Assembly: GCF_018350175.1 (NCBI RefSeq)
Contig: NC_058368.1
Coordinates: 36,706,001 to 36,770,000 of the forward strand
Length of the DNA stretch: 64,000 nt
Source of the DNA: Felis catus
Lineage: Eukaryota
Direction of reading: 5' to 3'
The translations under genes and the position numbers were made by a program. The notes below the pieces were generated by a model, which was given only the letters and a program-made list of their open reading frames with translations, was not told the DNA's origin and searched no databases. The first letter of the stretch is position 1, and each line of letters opens with the position of its first letter. This document shows positions 61,421 through 64,000 of this stretch, piece by piece.

Positions 61421-64000
61421 CCCATTATTGAGGTGATTCTGAGCCAGTGTGGGAACCTTTATTAGATGGCTTACTCCTAGAGATGATCTACTTTATTTCC
61501 TCAACATGGTTAATGATGATTATTATGCCTCCCTTTTCCACTGGTGTACCATTTCTTATTTCTGGTAACTGTCAGATGGAAAACCTGTCCCCTCTAAAAC
61601 CTCCCCCCTTCCTTCCAACCAGTTAGTACATTATCTGACATCAAGTTTAGTTGCTTTTCTAGGTTAAATAATTATGGATAAAAACCTTTGGTTCCATTGA
61701 TTAATGAGTAACCAGTACCTAGCTGGGCTGCTTTTTCAAGTAGAATTCCATTTCTTTGTACCTGATGGAAAGCAGCATTATTATCCAGAGAATACCGAGA
61801 CCATGAATGACCCAGCACTGGGAAGGCAAAAATAGAGGGAGGGAGGGGGAAAAGAAACACTGTAATTCACTTGAGAAATGGTAGCAGGAGAGCATAACTG
61901 TGACTGGGCAACCTTGAAAAGTACAATATGTTAAAGGAAGTTAGCAGTAATACTTTTTTTATTGGACAGCTTTATGTAGGCACTGAAGTGATTGGAATCT
62001 GGGGAAGGCAGAGACGAAGCCGAAATGCCCAGGGTTGCAAAGTCCTTTATCGAGTTAAGTCAAAATATTAATGGAACTGTTTATGGCTCTGTAGCAAAAG
62101 TGGGGTTCATTTCCCTGATGCACGGTGTCCCCTGGGTTTGTCCCGTCACCTCCCACTTCTGCCAGCATCCCTGTCTCTGGTGTGCATCATGAGTAACTGA
62201 GTCTTAAGCTTTTCCTTTGCTCTGGCTCCCATGCTCTGCACTCAGGCAGAGCCCTGGAAATCTTATCATACCTTCTACAAGTTGCAATTCCCAGCTAGTT
62301 TTAACTGTTCAACCTAGAGTGGAGGCTGAATGTATTTAAAGAGGGATATCAGGGGCTCAGCTATTTTGCAATCAATCAAAATCTTTCATGATCACATTGT
62401 AGATTACTTCAGTTAGAAAGAAACCATGGCTGTGACAAGTAGGGGTTATGGCAAGTCCTGCATCCCTCATCTTCTCCTGTCTGGATGCATTTTAAATATG
62501 GGATAGATGAATCCTTTCCATAAAGCACGGACATAAAAAAATCAATAATCAATTTACTTTTACCTATGCTGCACAAATAATAAAGCCAAAGAATTTCAGT
62601 ATTCTTCATAAGAGTTTTCCTTTTCCCCAAATGCAAACTTTTATTCCAAAACTTTTCTTTTAGTGCTATAGCAAAAAGTTAGCTTCAAATAGATGCTAGT
62701 ATGGTGTTAATTCCCACTGATCTCCTTTTAACAAGTGGGGCTGGTTTGAGGAGCAGTGTTATAGCCACTAACCTGGAGCACAAGGCCAGGGTCCAGGGCT
62801 GCGCCACCTTTTTAAGGACACAAATGTCTTATAAGAAGTTTAGGTAAAAATCTTTTCACTTTGTAGTCCTTTAAAATTGAATCCATTGAGTACTGTTTAG
62901 CATTTTCTTGACATCCAAGATTCATCTTGGAAATTTCATGTATTGCATTATGCTGAAATGCAATGATTTTTCTCTGGGTGTTTGTCTAAAGTGGTTTACA
63001 TCTGTACTCAGTGATGCTGGATGGCTATGTCCGAGGTCTGCTGCTCCTCCCCCCCCCCCCATTTCTTCTCTTTTGTCAAATTGTAGTGTTATATTTACTC
63101 TCCTTAGTGTGTTCTCCCTTCTGATTTTTTTAAGTATAATTTTGCATAGAATGAGAAACCAGATGACAGAGCATATTAGAAGTAGAAAATAAGAGTAAAG
63201 GTAAATGGTGACCGAGGAACTCTATTGAGTAACTTTCATGAACTTTCACTGAATATGTATTGTGTGTTTTGTCTTCCACCTTTTAGTCCTAACAACCAAA
63301 CTTCTAGAGAAATGACCTGCATTTCCTATCTCTTAGACAATTTCTCATACTCTTCAATACATGGATTGTTTCCCTTTCCTTTAGAAATGAGACTACCTTT
63401 ACTTTAAAATTATAAATAAAATTAAATTTTCTCTTTTGGTGATTTTTTTTCCCATTCCCTTTGGGGCCTCTTCTTTCTCCCTCCTCTTATGGAACATTTT
63501 GCTTTGTCCTCATTTCTGCACACTGTCTTGGTGAGCCATCCGAGGGTGATTGCGTAAGGTCTCTTGGGCATAACATGGGAAAGGAGGATGGCTAGATGTA
63601 GCTTTCATGGGCATAAGGGAGAGCCAGAGCTCAAAAGGACTGGTGGTGGAGCAAGCTGTGACCTTGGGGGAGAGAGTGGGTGGCCTGGTCGAGTAGTAAC
63701 AGGGCAGTAGATGGAAGCTTATCCAAGCACATGCAGATGCTAGAGCTGGACTCAGTTCCCAGATGTAGGCACTGGATGTAATAGAGCAGGGAGAAGGTGC
63801 CCAGCAGCTGGCACAGTGGGGGTACTGAGCATACACTTACTACTCCTGCATGGGTCTTCACAAGCTACTTATGATGTGAAGGTGGAGATAATACAATCAC
63901 TTACTCACATTCAAGGCTGGAGCAGTGACTGGTACACAACTCTGCTAGCCCTCTGGGTGGGCTACCCTCTCTCACTTTATTGATATTTGAGATTGGATCA

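Overview
Mammalian (felid, most likely domestic cat) non-coding genomic DNA; the lineage call rests on ~26 tRNA-derived Can-SINEs of the feliform SINEC_Fc type. I find no credible intact protein-coding exon: the ORF track is essentially SINE, L1 and random ORFs. The first ~4 kb is a decayed ERV-L provirus (RT, RNase H, integrase and dUTPase motifs still readable). The rest holds L2, MIR, L1 (ancient L1M and carnivore types), MaLR/MLT2 LTRs, hAT MITEs and microsatellites. The unique sequence contains a ~500-bp CpG-rich promoter-like island (12.2-12.7 kb) with no attached ORF, plus several homeobox/PBX-HOX/MEIS motif-rich blocks that resemble developmental enhancers, so this may be a gene desert or a very large intron. 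The most unusual structure is an 87-bp, ~92%-identical inverted repeat (35751-35837 / 36496-36582) that I cannot assign to a known repeat family; it encloses ~660 bp and abuts a 3-copy tandem repeat. Repeat subfamily names are from my recall of consensus sequences, not from a database search, and coordinates of old elements are approximate.
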